The notes under the pieces: generated by a model
What the model was told of the DNA's origin: nothing
Databases searched by the model: none
What the model saw: the letters and a program-made list of their open reading frames with translations, nothing else
In this document: positions 37,944 through 50,428 of the stretch, piece by piece
How the letters are laid out: each line of letters starts with the position of its first letter
How positions within the stretch are numbered: the first letter of the stretch is position 1
Position numbers and translations under genes: made by a program
DNA from: Perna viridis
Lineage: Eukaryota
Direction: 5' to 3'
DNA: 64,000 bases
Assembly (NCBI GenBank): GCA_037379345.1
Contig: CM074512.1
Span: 33,604,001-33,668,000, forward strand

Positions 37944-39076
37944 TCAGCATGGGGTCTCCAAACTCACAGTACTAGAACTGGTGGGATAATGGCTCATCCC
38001 ATTGGTCAGAATCCAACGCTGCACTCGTGTCTTACGTTGGAGTGTATCATAGCGACAGAGAATTAGCTTTTTAAAGGTCATTTTGAATGTTTTATTGAAC
38101 ATTGTATAAATGATTGGGTTTATGGTGCTAGAGAGGTACCCTAGCCACACAAATGTTGTAATTAATGTTGGGCTGAAAAAGCAATCCTCGCACAAAGCTG
38201 ATGTAATATTCATAATAAAAAATGGAGCCCAGCAGACAACAAATATTATAAACACTATTCCTATAACTTTAGAAGCTTTCTGTTCTGTGTGAACATCGTC
38301 AGTTTTGATACTTGCAGCTTTAAGCTCAGCTTGGTGCTTTTTGATAAGTCTTGATAATGCTGAAGGACTAGATGGGTTTGATTGTGGCTTTTTTGCCCAT
38401 TTTGTGTTTAAAGACTCCTGTGAGTGATAAACAGAAGAAATACTTTCACTTTCTGGTGATATATCTGGGCTAAGATATGTATTCTTTTGTATTGGAAATG
38501 TTAGACTCGCTCGTAACCTAGGTTTCTTGTTGATCATCGGTGAATATGGATCAGTAACCTCTGCTTGTTCTATTATAGTTCCGTTCGGAGTTGTCAGTTT
38601 TGATTGAAATTTTATATATGGACGGCGGCGGATGGGTTTACGACTCAATGATCTCCGGATCATTGGTCGACCACTGTTTCTAGCTCTTTGACATTTAGTC
38701 GACTGCCGTATGAGTAAATATAGTGTCAAACTATAGGACAAAATCATAATAAGTAACGGAATGAAAAATGCACAGATAGAGCCATAGATCCTAAAATGTT
38801 TATTACTTAGCACACAGTAATTACCGCTAAGAATATTAGCCTCGTCAATAAATCCAAGAATTGTAATTGGACTAGAAATGGTCACTGATATCACCCAAAC
38901 CATCACAATTTTTAGTATCACAACAGTTTTTGATTTGTTCCTATTTGAAAGTGGCGCCTTTATTGCCATAAAGCGTTCCAGAGATATGGTACATAGATGA
39001 AGTATGGAAGATGTACACATGAAGACATCAGCTGTCACAAAGAAGTCACAAAGCACTGGTCCAAATAACCATTTAC
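37944..39076 (-). CDS. HTR2: 5-HT2-type serotonin receptor gene A, coding exon 2 (ECL1 to C-terminus, TM3-TM7)
   Basis: The acceptor ttctatatttgcag| (AG at 39078-39077) joins in phase 1 to give ...NEFT-G-KWLFGPVLCDFF. Motifs: TM3 DVFMCTSSILHLCTISLERF (D3.32), TM5 GSICAFFIPL, TEQKASKVIGIVF, CWAPFFIMN, and FVWLGYLSSTINPIIYTMFNKTF. These closely match human 5-HT2A motifs such as NEQKACKVLGIVF and [22 protein letters not shown]. The joined CDS is 331+1133=1464 nt = 487 aa + stop. Confidence 0.95.
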
Positions 39077-41376
39077 CTGCAAATATAGAAGTAATTGTAT
39101 ATTGCTACATTAAAAGGCTGACAAAAGGAAGGCATGTTAAAATAGTAGGTTTATAGCCATAACTCAACTTACATGTTTGCTAAGGGTTGAGAATTGACAA
39201 ATGCTATGGATACAGTTGCTTAACTTCATACTTTAATTTAATTTTCTGTCCTTTTTTGCCTTTAAGATAATCTTGATAATAATGAATTTTTTAGACAACT
39301 AATGAAAAAAACATTTTTGCTCCAAATTATACTCTTTTACTCTATGCATGCTCTTTAAGATCATTGAACCACAGGAACTAAGTACTTTGGGGGAAAGCTG
39401 ATAGTATCACCTTAGTTGATATTTCCCCCTTTATTGAATGGAAGAGGAGGGTGGAACATGTAATACAGTATTGGTCACTTTGAATTAATCTAAAAACTAA
39501 TATTATTATTATTGTTATTTTGTAATACTTTTGTCTCAGTGGTATTTTTTCCAGAGTGAAATCATATTATGGCTATTTAATGTGAAAATTACTTGATTGC
39601 TCTTTTAGACATGATGCAATCGAGACCAAAATGCCTTCATAAAAAAAGATCAAGAGTTTTAACATCAGTAAAGCAATGAAGAAGGTGCTTCATCAAGATG
39701 ACTCTTACAATTGCTTTGTTTTTCTACAGCGTAATGTCATCAACTAAATGTCAGAAGACTAAGACCCAATTAACCATGGAAAATAATCTGCCATTTTACT
39801 TTTTTGTCAACAAGACATTTACGTGTCCATAACCATTCAAAGTCAAAGATTGCATTGCAAACTTCCTATATTGAAGAAAAATGGGCAACTTATATTGTAA
39901 TAGAAAAATTCATCGATTGTCAACAGATTATTTTTCCTCTCATGTCAACCATTAGAATAGAACATTGACTTTATAAAGATTGTGTACTTCAGTATTCACG
40001 GCAGTTTAAAAACAGATTTTTCATCTTGTCATATGCAGACTCTAAGCTTGGAATACATTGACAGAGGCTTTTGAATATTTTTTTCAACATGCTTTTATGA
40101 TGCATGGGATTTGAATATTTAATCTTTCAGTTTTTCTTTCCATATCCTACTTTGGTTAGATAATTTAAGGTCAGAGTGCTTACATAATAACTTTTACATA
40201 ATATTTTCCTGTTTTGTGTGATTACCAATTTTCTTATTGAATGATCATGGATTTTGTTTCAAATCCAATTTGAGATTGTTTATATTGGAAAGAATCATGC
40301 AGTTTTGTTATTATAAACCTTTCTAACTCCAAAAATAATTTAAGTGCAGTCTCTTTGAAAAACAAAAAAAAAGGAATAAATTTGTATCAGTATCTTAAAC
40401 AAGATATAATTTTCAAGAATTAAAAAAAAAAGGAAAAGGGTTCTTAGTTTTCCAATTACAAGCACTCGTAGAAGTCAATCATGGAAAATTACAGATAGAA
40501 AAGAAAGAACCCTGAATGATTTACAAATTTTGTTGATATAATTTGACAACCAGTTTCTGATAGATTTGATAATTACTCAGTTCTAATAATTGCTATTTTA
40601 TGCAAATAATCCTGACTTAGCAGAAACCTCTAATGTTTGGCAAATAATTATGTCAATAATCACTTTCTTATCATTTTAAACACAATCAGCTGTTTGATAG
40701 TGAGGTGATGGTTCTCTGTGAAGTCTGATGCTCAGCACAGAGCTGTCTTTTTGTATTGGCTGTGTTAAAATGCTCAAAATGGCTTTGAGTCATATCTTTT
40801 TCATGTACAGACATGACAATAAGTTCTAAGGGTTAAAGAATATACAAAGCTTTAGTTTTATCTATCAGCTGTTGCACAGAATGCCTCTATTCTTCAAAAA
40901 AGAGGAATTGCACAACACCATTCTTCAGAGAGGTCTTGCACATCACAAGGAGATCTTTTTGCATTTTTGTGTTTGTATAATACTATGTAAGTAACATAGT
41001 AACATCTTTGTGCTTGAGTTCACAGAAACCACTGTCTTACATTTGTGGAATTCTTTTATTTTCTTCTTTTTTGTGTTGTTAAAAGCTCTCTGATAAAACA
41101 ATACATCAATAGCATTTAACACTTTTAAATGTAAGGGCTCTTAATTTATTTGATTTTTTGCATACATAACACATAAATGTTCCTCTCTTGTGTTTTATTC
41201 TCTGTATTTGATCAACGGTAGTTTTCATCAACCCTTAAATACTTTATTTGAGAACCAATTGACTGTGTTAATTGATGTTTCTAATTACCCAATTTACAAG
41301 AAAATTTGACTTTGACAACTTCAAAGCATGGTTCAGCACATTAAGGTTTAAATTTGAGGTATTGATACACATTTAA

Positions 41377-41589
41377 GGATGTAGACATAGGGGAAGGGGC
41401 ACAACTCCTACAAATCATTAGAATGTTTTATATTCAGCATTTTACATCAATCTCATGTAAGCATCAAAGTAACTTGGATTGATTTCAGTCTGTTTCAAAT
41501 GAAATCTTGATAGGCTTTGGTGAAATTTAATATGATACAAACATATCACTGATATCAAGGGTTATGTCCCTTACCATAAGTCTACCTCC
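41377..41589. mobile_element. Second, more diverged copy of the Kolobok-type MITE
   Basis: ggatgtagacataggggaaggggcacaactc...gggttatgtcccttaccataagtctacctcc. The interior matches 23049-23260 (e.g. tttggtgaaatt, caaacatatcactgat). Flanks are TTAA / TAAA. Confidence 0.8.
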
Positions 41590-44500
41590 TAAAAGATGTG
41601 CTTTCGATTTTGTATGAAAAATCTAACTGCTTTGATTCCCTTTTTGGATGAAAACTATTTTTGTATGAGGAAGTACTGACAGAGACTAAATTGAAAATTC
41701 TTCAGTGAATTAATGTAACTACTACTGCTGTTGAATAATAAGTGTTTGTGCTTCATTTTTTTATGGTTTTCATGGTTAGATCTAAACACAATTATAATTA
41801 TACAAAGAAATGTTATGTTTCCATGGAGAACTATGAACTGATAAAACTTTGAGACTCCATAAAAAATATACCCAGGAATGAAAGTCCTTCACAGTATTTA
41901 AAATTCATTACTTAAACTATTTTTTACAGTGCATTTCAAATTAACATGGAAAGATGCAAAGTATTTTTTTTTTCTTCTTTACACTATAATTAGTCATGTT
42001 TCATAGAAATAAATAGTTCTATAGAGGAAGTTACAGTCATTGCATTTTCCTCTGCACAATGTTAGTGACATATAATAAAGTTACATTTCTCCAGAATTTC
42101 CTAAGGTTTTGATTCACCAGAATGCATTTCAAGCTCAGAAGTACTTAGTGTTTTTTTTAATTCTTTGGTAACTTTTTCTTTCATTTACATGACATTGATG
42201 AAAAACAATAATTATAGAAATGGTACATTTGAATGCCTTTGAACAATATGAAAATTCGCATTTGAAAAACTTTGCTTTTAAGGATAAAGATATAATGTTT
42301 TTAAGCTGAATTTTAATATCAATAAAACAAAATGTATTGAAGATTCATTTATTCTCCTCAGATCCATTTATAAAATGAAATATTGATGTGTTTAATAGAT
42401 ATACTCATTGGTGATGCTTCAAAATCAATTACAATCGAAGAAATGCCAGATTTTCCATGTTTTATGAAAACCTTGCTTATTTTTTGTCTGACTGGCTTGC
42501 TATGGACTGTGGAAAAGCAGCTATGCTGTTTACTGAAATAACAGATAAATAGCTAGCTTTACATCACTTTATTAGCTGTATAAATAAGTTGGGTTTAATT
42601 AGCGTAACATTTCTATTGGTATTGATTGGGGTAAAATTTACGGACCCTTCTTGGCAATAAAGTGTATAGATTTTAAATAAAAACACTTCTGTAATTAGAG
42701 AGATAAGTTGACCAATAAAAAAACACAAATTCTTTGAGAATAAAATCTAATTTGATGTTTTAGAACTGATGACAAGAATACAAAGCATACAAATCACAAG
42801 TTAGATAGACTTGAATACTAATTTAAAAGACAAGATCATTTACAGTTGGTATTCAGATGATAAAGCTATTCATTGAGGATATTGAACTCAGAATTCCCTG
42901 TCATCAATGAATGGTTCCTTTCTAATAACTTTTTACTGAATTCAACATCAGCAAGTTAGTTATTTCAATCTTTTTTGTGCAAATCTATTCTTTTAAATCA
43001 GAAGGTGGAACTGTTATTTGCTTGTCTGTTAACAGATATATGAGAGTCTACTACTGTCTGTCAGTCTTTGAACCTCTTTCCATTCACTCCTTGTATATTA
43101 TATGTTGTAATATTTAAGATTTTGTTGGGGTTTTTTTTGGGGGGGTTACAGTATTTGTCATGGGAGGAAACATTCTTTTGTTTTCTTTTTATTCTTTTTT
43201 TCTATTAAGATGATTGAACATTAAAACACCAAAAAGCGAGTACACAGTCATTAGCACAGCTGTTTCTTTTCATTTCTATTGCTAATGCTTCACCAGTTGT
43301 TTGAATGCAAATAAAAATGGAAAAGGAGAATTTTGCTCCATGTCTCAAAATCTTTAATTATTTCATCTTTGAAATATTGAGAGGTGGATATAATGAAATG
43401 ATTAGTTCTTAACTAAACTTTCTGCACTTAAATATTTACCATTATCATATCTAAGGTCATAAAAATGTGCAGATTTTAATTCATTTTCAATAAGTATAAA
43501 TATTTTATCCATAGACAAATATTTTGTGATTGCCATCATGCTTCAATGAAGATATGAAAAATATACCCCCTTGTAAGGCCATGGTTAAAAGACATAGGTT
43601 TCACCCATGCAATTCAAAGATCATTTTGATGCTTTGAATTTTAATATTCTATTGATTAAGATGTAATAAAAGTTTATGTGGTTGAAATTTGTCATGACAG
43701 TCTGAATAATAATGTCAGTAATTTCCATTTGTAAATTAAGGCAGGACCTCCTAGAGGGAACAGGTTTTTTTAAATAAAATAATAGGTAATTGTGATAGAA
43801 ATGTCTTCATCTTTTTTTATCATTAGTTATTTTTTTTAGAAATTTAAATGAAGTCATTTCATGGAATAGATCTAAATATATAGGACTGCATATTTAGTCT
43901 TTTTCTGACATTCTACTGAAAATAACCCCAAAAATTCTAAATCATGGCCTTAGCATCCAAATATTTTGCCTTGAATTTATGATGAACCATTTCTAATGGG
44001 TTTTCCAGATACTAAAAAATGATATCTGGTATGGTATAGTTAATTGAGAAACCATCTATTGTGTGATCTTCCTGTTATCATTCACCAAATTAATTGACCC
44101 TTAGATGAATTTTTAGTGAACCCTTGGACACATGCCTTATATGATCTCTAAGGAGGATTCTGATCATTTGTGTTATTGATCAGTTAGGGTCAGCTGTAGT
44201 CCCATTCAAACCATTTTTACTGAATGAAAAATAGATCACCCACATAGAAGGCTAAGCCTTTAGAATAGGAAAAAACTGTCAGATATATTATGTACAGAGT
44301 TCAATGTAGCAATTGACCAGTCATATGTAATATTGGTTGCTGGAAAAAGTAAATTATTTCTATAGCTGTAAAACAGAGATGCAAAGAAAATGTCCATGGG
44401 AGCAACAGGTGGACAGACATATCAAGCTATGCTTAAATGCTCTGTTTATTATGTTAAATTAAGCTTATTGACTTTCTTCAGCCAAATGCCATCTGAATAC

Positions 44501-45626
44501 TGGCACAGACAGCCGGACACGTCAGATGTGATTGTAGATTCTCCCCGGACAGTGCCCATTCTGGTAGAGCATTAATCAAGATCTGCACAATTTTTCATTG
44601 CCACTGTTTAGCCTGATAAGATCATGTGCTAATCAAACAGTTTTGATTTATAAAAAGTTAGGGAAAAATCATAAAATCTGAGCATCATTGATTAATGCTG
44701 TTTCTTAGTGATTTTTATCATAGCATAGACACATTTTGTTATATTGTGGGTAACAGTGAGGCCAGTAGCTCAGGGACTACAAGTGTTGCCTTAGTTTAAA
44801 TATATCTATTTGCGTAAAGTACCAATAATTGAATAAAAAGTCATAAACATGCATGTATTGTTCCATCTTGGAATGGTTATTGCACCCCCTTTTTTTCCTT
44901 TCTTTGATATGTGATTAGATATGTTCCTATTGTTGTACAAATTAAGAAATGTATTTCTCATCACTTTTGCTGTCAAAGATTTATTGAGTTAAATTTTTTT
45001 TTCAATTATTTTTGCTTCAAGCAACTATAGGTATACACGCATTAAGAAAGCAATATAAAGAACAAAATAAGACATAAAATCCATGTCAAAATCCTTGCTT
45101 AAAGCTTATTGCTTTCTAAAGCCTCATAATTGCATTAAAAAAGTGTATTATAGAAATTAGGATCTCTGAAATATTCCTGCTAGATTAAAATTGGAATTGG
45201 AATAGCATTAAAGGACAATGACCCGAAGCACAAAAGAACATTAAAATTATGAGTTTGTTAAATTTTCTCTAAGTCTCAAAACCCATTTGTTCATTAATAT
45301 AATTTAGTGATGAAAACTCTTATTCCTTGGTGATGAAGGCTAGGCAAAGAACTTCAGTTTATTGAGTGCTTTTAAGGATAACATTTAGAGGAAAACATAT
45401 TATGAGACTGGTTTCAAGTGTTTGATGGCAAATGAGACTGAATGCTAGATTGTTAATTTACTTGTAAGGCCTAACAAAAAGATTAGATGTATTTGGTATA
45501 TGATACAAGTACCACCATTGCATGTGTTGAATTCAGTTAATTAAATTGTAGTTATAGACTATAATCAAGCTTGACAGATCTCTTTTTTAGACCATGATTT
45601 TGTGTATGTTTTTAACACATAGATAA

Positions 45627-45816
45627 TTGGTTCTACTAGGTATCCATGTTTCCCTATGTACTTGGTTCTACTAGATATCCATGTATCCCTATTTACTTGG
45701 TTCTACTAGATATCCATGTATCCCTATTTAATTGGTTCTACTAGATATCCATGTATCCCTATTTACTTGGTTCTACTAGATATCCATGTATCCCTATTTA
45801 ATTGGTTCTACTAGAT
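45627..45816. repeat. Minisatellite, 35-bp unit, ~5.4 copies
   Basis: ttggttctactagatatccatgtatccctattta(c/a) starting at 45627, 45662, 45697, 45732, 45767, 45802. Confidence 0.95.
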
Positions 45817-47301
45817 TCTAGGTCAAAAGAAATGTGTTGATACTTCACATCTAGAGCCTGCAAATTTTGTCATAGATCCATATTGTTAAAATACCTCAGA
45901 AAATAGGTCTGTAACCTCAAAAACATTCACAAACATTAAATATGTTAATATCCATAGTAAGTGTTAACAAGAGGTGTTATAGTTATAAAATTTACCAAGT
46001 CCAAGGCTTTGGGTTTTGTAAAAAAATCAGTAGAGCCAAAAAAAATGTCTGGGTAGGTGTTGTATTTATAAATGAAGCATAAGTCTCAGGTTTATTTTGC
46101 ATAAAAAAATCAGCTTAGTGGAACTAAAATTTAAATTTGATCACTAATGGTACCAGTCAAATATACTCATATATCAAATATCATCTTAATATCTACACGT
46201 ATTAAAAAACTGTCGTACAATACTAGAATATCAAGTTTGGGTCTTGAATGCTTAAAAAAAAAGATTATTACAGGGGAAAGCTCGTAGAAAAAGAAGTGTG
46301 GCTTTTCGAAATCATTGAAGAAAATGGATGGCTAGAAATTATTTTTTTTTATATCAGGAAGATATTTAGCCTACTAAACTTTATATATTTGGAACATGAA
46401 GTTAACATCTGTTAAAAATCTTTGAAGTGTTTCAACCAAAGATTATATGCATTTAGCATTAGGCTCCAAGCACAATGGCCTCATATACTATGTTATGAAA
46501 TTATTAAACCTATTTTCATCTATATTGCAGTTTAATGCTGCATATCAATCCACATTTCAGACTCCAGGCTCTTTTATTGAGTAAAAATTGTTCATGAATG
46601 TTTATTGGAGAAAAAATACATGTAAAAGGCTGGTTCCTTGGTGGGACTTTACTTTGTTCACTACATGATCAGCAGTAAAATTTCTCTGTTTCTATGCCAG
46701 AACTGCAGTACTGCTCACCATGAATTAATTTTATTCTCACTATGATATAATGTTATTTCAACAGCAATGCACTGTTGCACTTTACGTGCATTTTGTTGTT
46801 GCAAATATTTTGGGCAAACTTTTTTGGAAAGTGTCTCAGATCCCTGGTGAGATACGCTATGTATTATCATCTTTGTTTTACTCGCCAGAAATTTGATGTA
46901 TACTTGACGTAATTCTGTCAGCAATGGCACCAATATTGCTCTGGTTAAGTGAAGGCTTTTATAAACATTTGTATTAGGACCATGAAATGAAAGTCTTTTG
47001 TCCTTTTAGAAGTTGAATAATTGCATGTGTTTGAGTACAGTATAAAAATATGAAAAAATTTTACCAGTTAAACCTTATATAATTAGAAATGATTGGAGAC
47101 TGATATGACTTTTATCTGTAGATTTAATGTAATTATAACTGAGGGGTGATATCATATTCATCAGATGTAGCTGTGCAGTGATATTTGTGTTAATTGTTGC
47201 TGATCTTAGTTTACTTGCACTTACATGGTGTAGACACATTTCTTTTGCATAGAACAACTCTAAGTTATGCCCTATACCAAAATTGCTTGAACCTGGTAAG
47301 C

Positions 47302-47766
47302 TTTTTCCTCACTTTGAAAGCAAGTGCTGTATAGTGATCATAATGTCTGTTTGTCCGTTTGCATTTTTTTCATTATAGTTTTTTTCTGCAACTACTTATC
47401 ACAACCACCTGATATTTTCACAGAAACTTTATATAGATGTCATAGGTGGAGAGTGAAGGGACATCAACTTGTTTATATTTTGACCATATTATAATATGGA
47501 TAGGGAGTGGCAGGTATCCTTTAGTCAGCTTTGTTAACAATTGTTTATATTTTGACTATACTATAATTTGGATAGGGAGTGGCAGGTATCCTTTAGTCAG
47601 CTTTGTTAACAATTGTTTATATTTTGACTATACTATAATATGGATAGGGAGTGGCAGGTATCCTTAAGTCAGCTTTGTTAACAATTGTTTATATTTTGAC
47701 TATACTATAATATGGATAGGGAGTGGCAGGTATCCTTTAGTCAGCTTTGTTAACAATTGTTCTAGT
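47302..47766 (+). mobile_element. Degenerate HINE-like element whose 3' end is amplified as a 72-bp tandem repeat
   Basis: gtctgtttgtccgtt microsatellite at ~47345, then 4 copies of a 72-bp unit (47469-47761) ending ggcaggtatcctttagtcagctttgttaacaattgttctagt. Confidence 0.5.
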
Positions 47767-50309
47767 CGTAACTATTTAGTATTCTGTGCATTTTTAAATG
47801 GTATATAATTTTATGCTTCTTTTTAATGTAAGCTACAATGCCAGTCCATGAGACTATTTACATATCTGGACTTCTATGTTTTCATTTAAATAATATCTTG
47901 ACCTGTCTGTATCTATATGAAATACTTTCCATCTATGTGGTTTTGGTACAATTGTAGTTATTTTTGGAGTAATTTGTTATCTTCTGATCCTTTTTTGATT
48001 GTATGTCTAGGGGAGACAAATTATTCCATTTGCCGTGATCAAGGGGAGACAATTTACTCCATCCACAATGATAAAAGGAAGATAATTTATTCCAAACATA
48101 GTGTCACATCTAAATCAGAAGCTTTATTTTGAGTTTGGAATATAAGCCAGCCACAAGTTTTTAATGTAGTGGTTCTAAGAAGACTGACATATTGTCTTGA
48201 TATTTTGCATTTGGATTACAAACATGGGTTAGTGTAATTCAAGCCATTTATTTGTGTCCTATGGTTTTGGATTGGTCATGTTTTTATTTGTATTATCTTG
48301 ATTGATTGTCTCTAAACGAATTATTGCTGTATTGTTATGTTATTTGCATTTTAGTGATTGTCTTTCAATTTAGCACAGACTTTCATCTGACTTAAACCAG
48401 GAGATTTGGTTTCAAGTAATTGATGTTTCTTAATCCCTCATTCCCTCACTCTGTTTATCCATCTGTCATTTTTGTTTTTTTTTATTTTTCACCTTTACCA
48501 AAACTTAGACATGATTAAGATAGACTTCACTTAAACAATGAACAGTTTTAACTATAAATAGAATAATCCACAGAGGAAAGCAACATCTTGATAAACACAC
48601 CATAAAACACTTATTTAAGGACATTTTTGGCTCAAGAAAAATCTAACTCAGGTTGCTACCTTATTTAGCTGTCTATATACTTTGACAGGTGGATAAGATT
48701 GTAAGATATCACAATTATAGTCTTTTACAAGGAATTTCCTGTTAGTTGATGTCTGGAAAGGTTGGGAAGAGAGAAATGTTACATATGACATCAAGTGACA
48801 CCACCATTATCAAGCAAAAAAAGGACATGACAACCCACTATCAGGCTTTTCTTTCCCTTTTCGGTTGTACTTTTTAATAGGCAAGAATATGGTGTCTTAG
48901 GTGGTCCACAAATTTTTTATAATGTACTGTACAAGCTATTTTCATTGATTGAACCTTTAAGGCTTGCTGTATTCAGCATGAAACAAATTGGTCATAAATT
49001 TTGTAGTAATGGTATGGCTTTTCTGGTCTTTAATACTTAAAATGGTGGCAGGAATATTTTTAGAATAAGTAGTGTCATTGCCTCTGACAACATTACAAGG
49101 GACTTTGATCTCATTATCAGGAATCTTGATTGATGTGGCATTAAATGCAGGCCAAATAACTTCCCTTTTTCTAAGTTTTTGCACAGTTCACCAGGTGTGT
49201 TAAACTTGCTGTGTGGTTGATTTACATCCTCCCGAAATGCTCAGAAGTAATCATGAACTTTATTGATCAGAAATGTCTTATCAATTCAAATATATTCACC
49301 AGTTGCCTAACACTTTAATCTCAATCTATTTCCTTTGTTTTTTATGTACATTTCTTTTGTTGATTAGGGTAAAATTTGTTTGATGATTGTTAGGCATTGA
49401 AAACAATTTAACAAAATTCTGTTCTAGATTAGGTCCTTAGATTTTATTGTGCATTCACAATTGACTAAGCATATAAAATCTTACAGTGCATGTGGCATCG
49501 TAGTAGATCCATATAGTTGAATTGAATTCTTGATTTAAGTTTTGATGTTAAAATAGAAAGGGTATAGATTTACTATAATTCTCTGTGTAATATATGTGTT
49601 GTTTTTTTAAAGTTAAATCAACACTTTCTCCATTGATAAATATTGAATGGCAAATAGTGTAGATATATTCATCTTGTAAAATATTAAAACAGGGAGACTT
49701 GTAGCAAGTTTAGGAAGGGTATTACTATTGTTGCCCAAAATTAACAGGACCTCTGCTATCAATATTTTTTTAAGAGTAAAATGAGTAAGATCAAAATAGT
49801 GTTTGCAAAAGTACAGAAAATACTTGTTTGTGAAATAACAGCATAACATAGTTATAGTTTGTCATTATTAAAGGTAAAAGATCTGAATTGGCATTGAAGT
49901 TGCCTGGGCTTCATGTGTATGAATGATCAACTCCTCCCTTAAATTTACAAGTTTTCTCATCCAGATTATAAAAAAAAATATTTCCCAATTGGTTTCTACT
50001 ATTTGAGTGCTGTAGTAAGACTTGCATTTTGGTCTTAATTGACTCAGTATCTCAGTGCTTTGATTTTTTAAAATTTTTATGTCTTATGGCAATTTAGTTT
50101 TCAGGATTCTCCTCTATTATATGTGACCACTAGGGTTTCTAACCAAATTAGATATTAAGCTATTTCAACAGTGTATAATTAGGCTTTTTTTCAACATCTC
50201 AAATATTATTCAGCATAATGTCATATCAGAAAACAGGAAGGTGAAGATGATTTTTAAAAAAATGGTTGAAGGCAAGGGATATGGTTTGTTTGCAATATGG
50301 TATTTATAA

Positions 50310-50428
50310 TGATTTTTAAGTCCAGGAAAGCGGCAATGAAAAAAACTAAAATGAAATAGCCAAATACTTGATTTTTAAGTCCAGAAAAGAGGCAATAAAA
50401 AAAATAAAATGAAATAGCCAAATACTTA
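50310..50428. repeat. Tandem duplication, ~60-bp unit x2
   Basis: tgatttttaagtccag...ggcaat...aaaatgaaatagccaaatact occurs twice. Confidence 0.85.

Noticed and set aside
45627-45816. 35-bp repeats of CRISPR-like length (also 61145-61398)
   Set aside because: They are head-to-tail with no unique spacers, there are no cas genes, and the context is eukaryotic.
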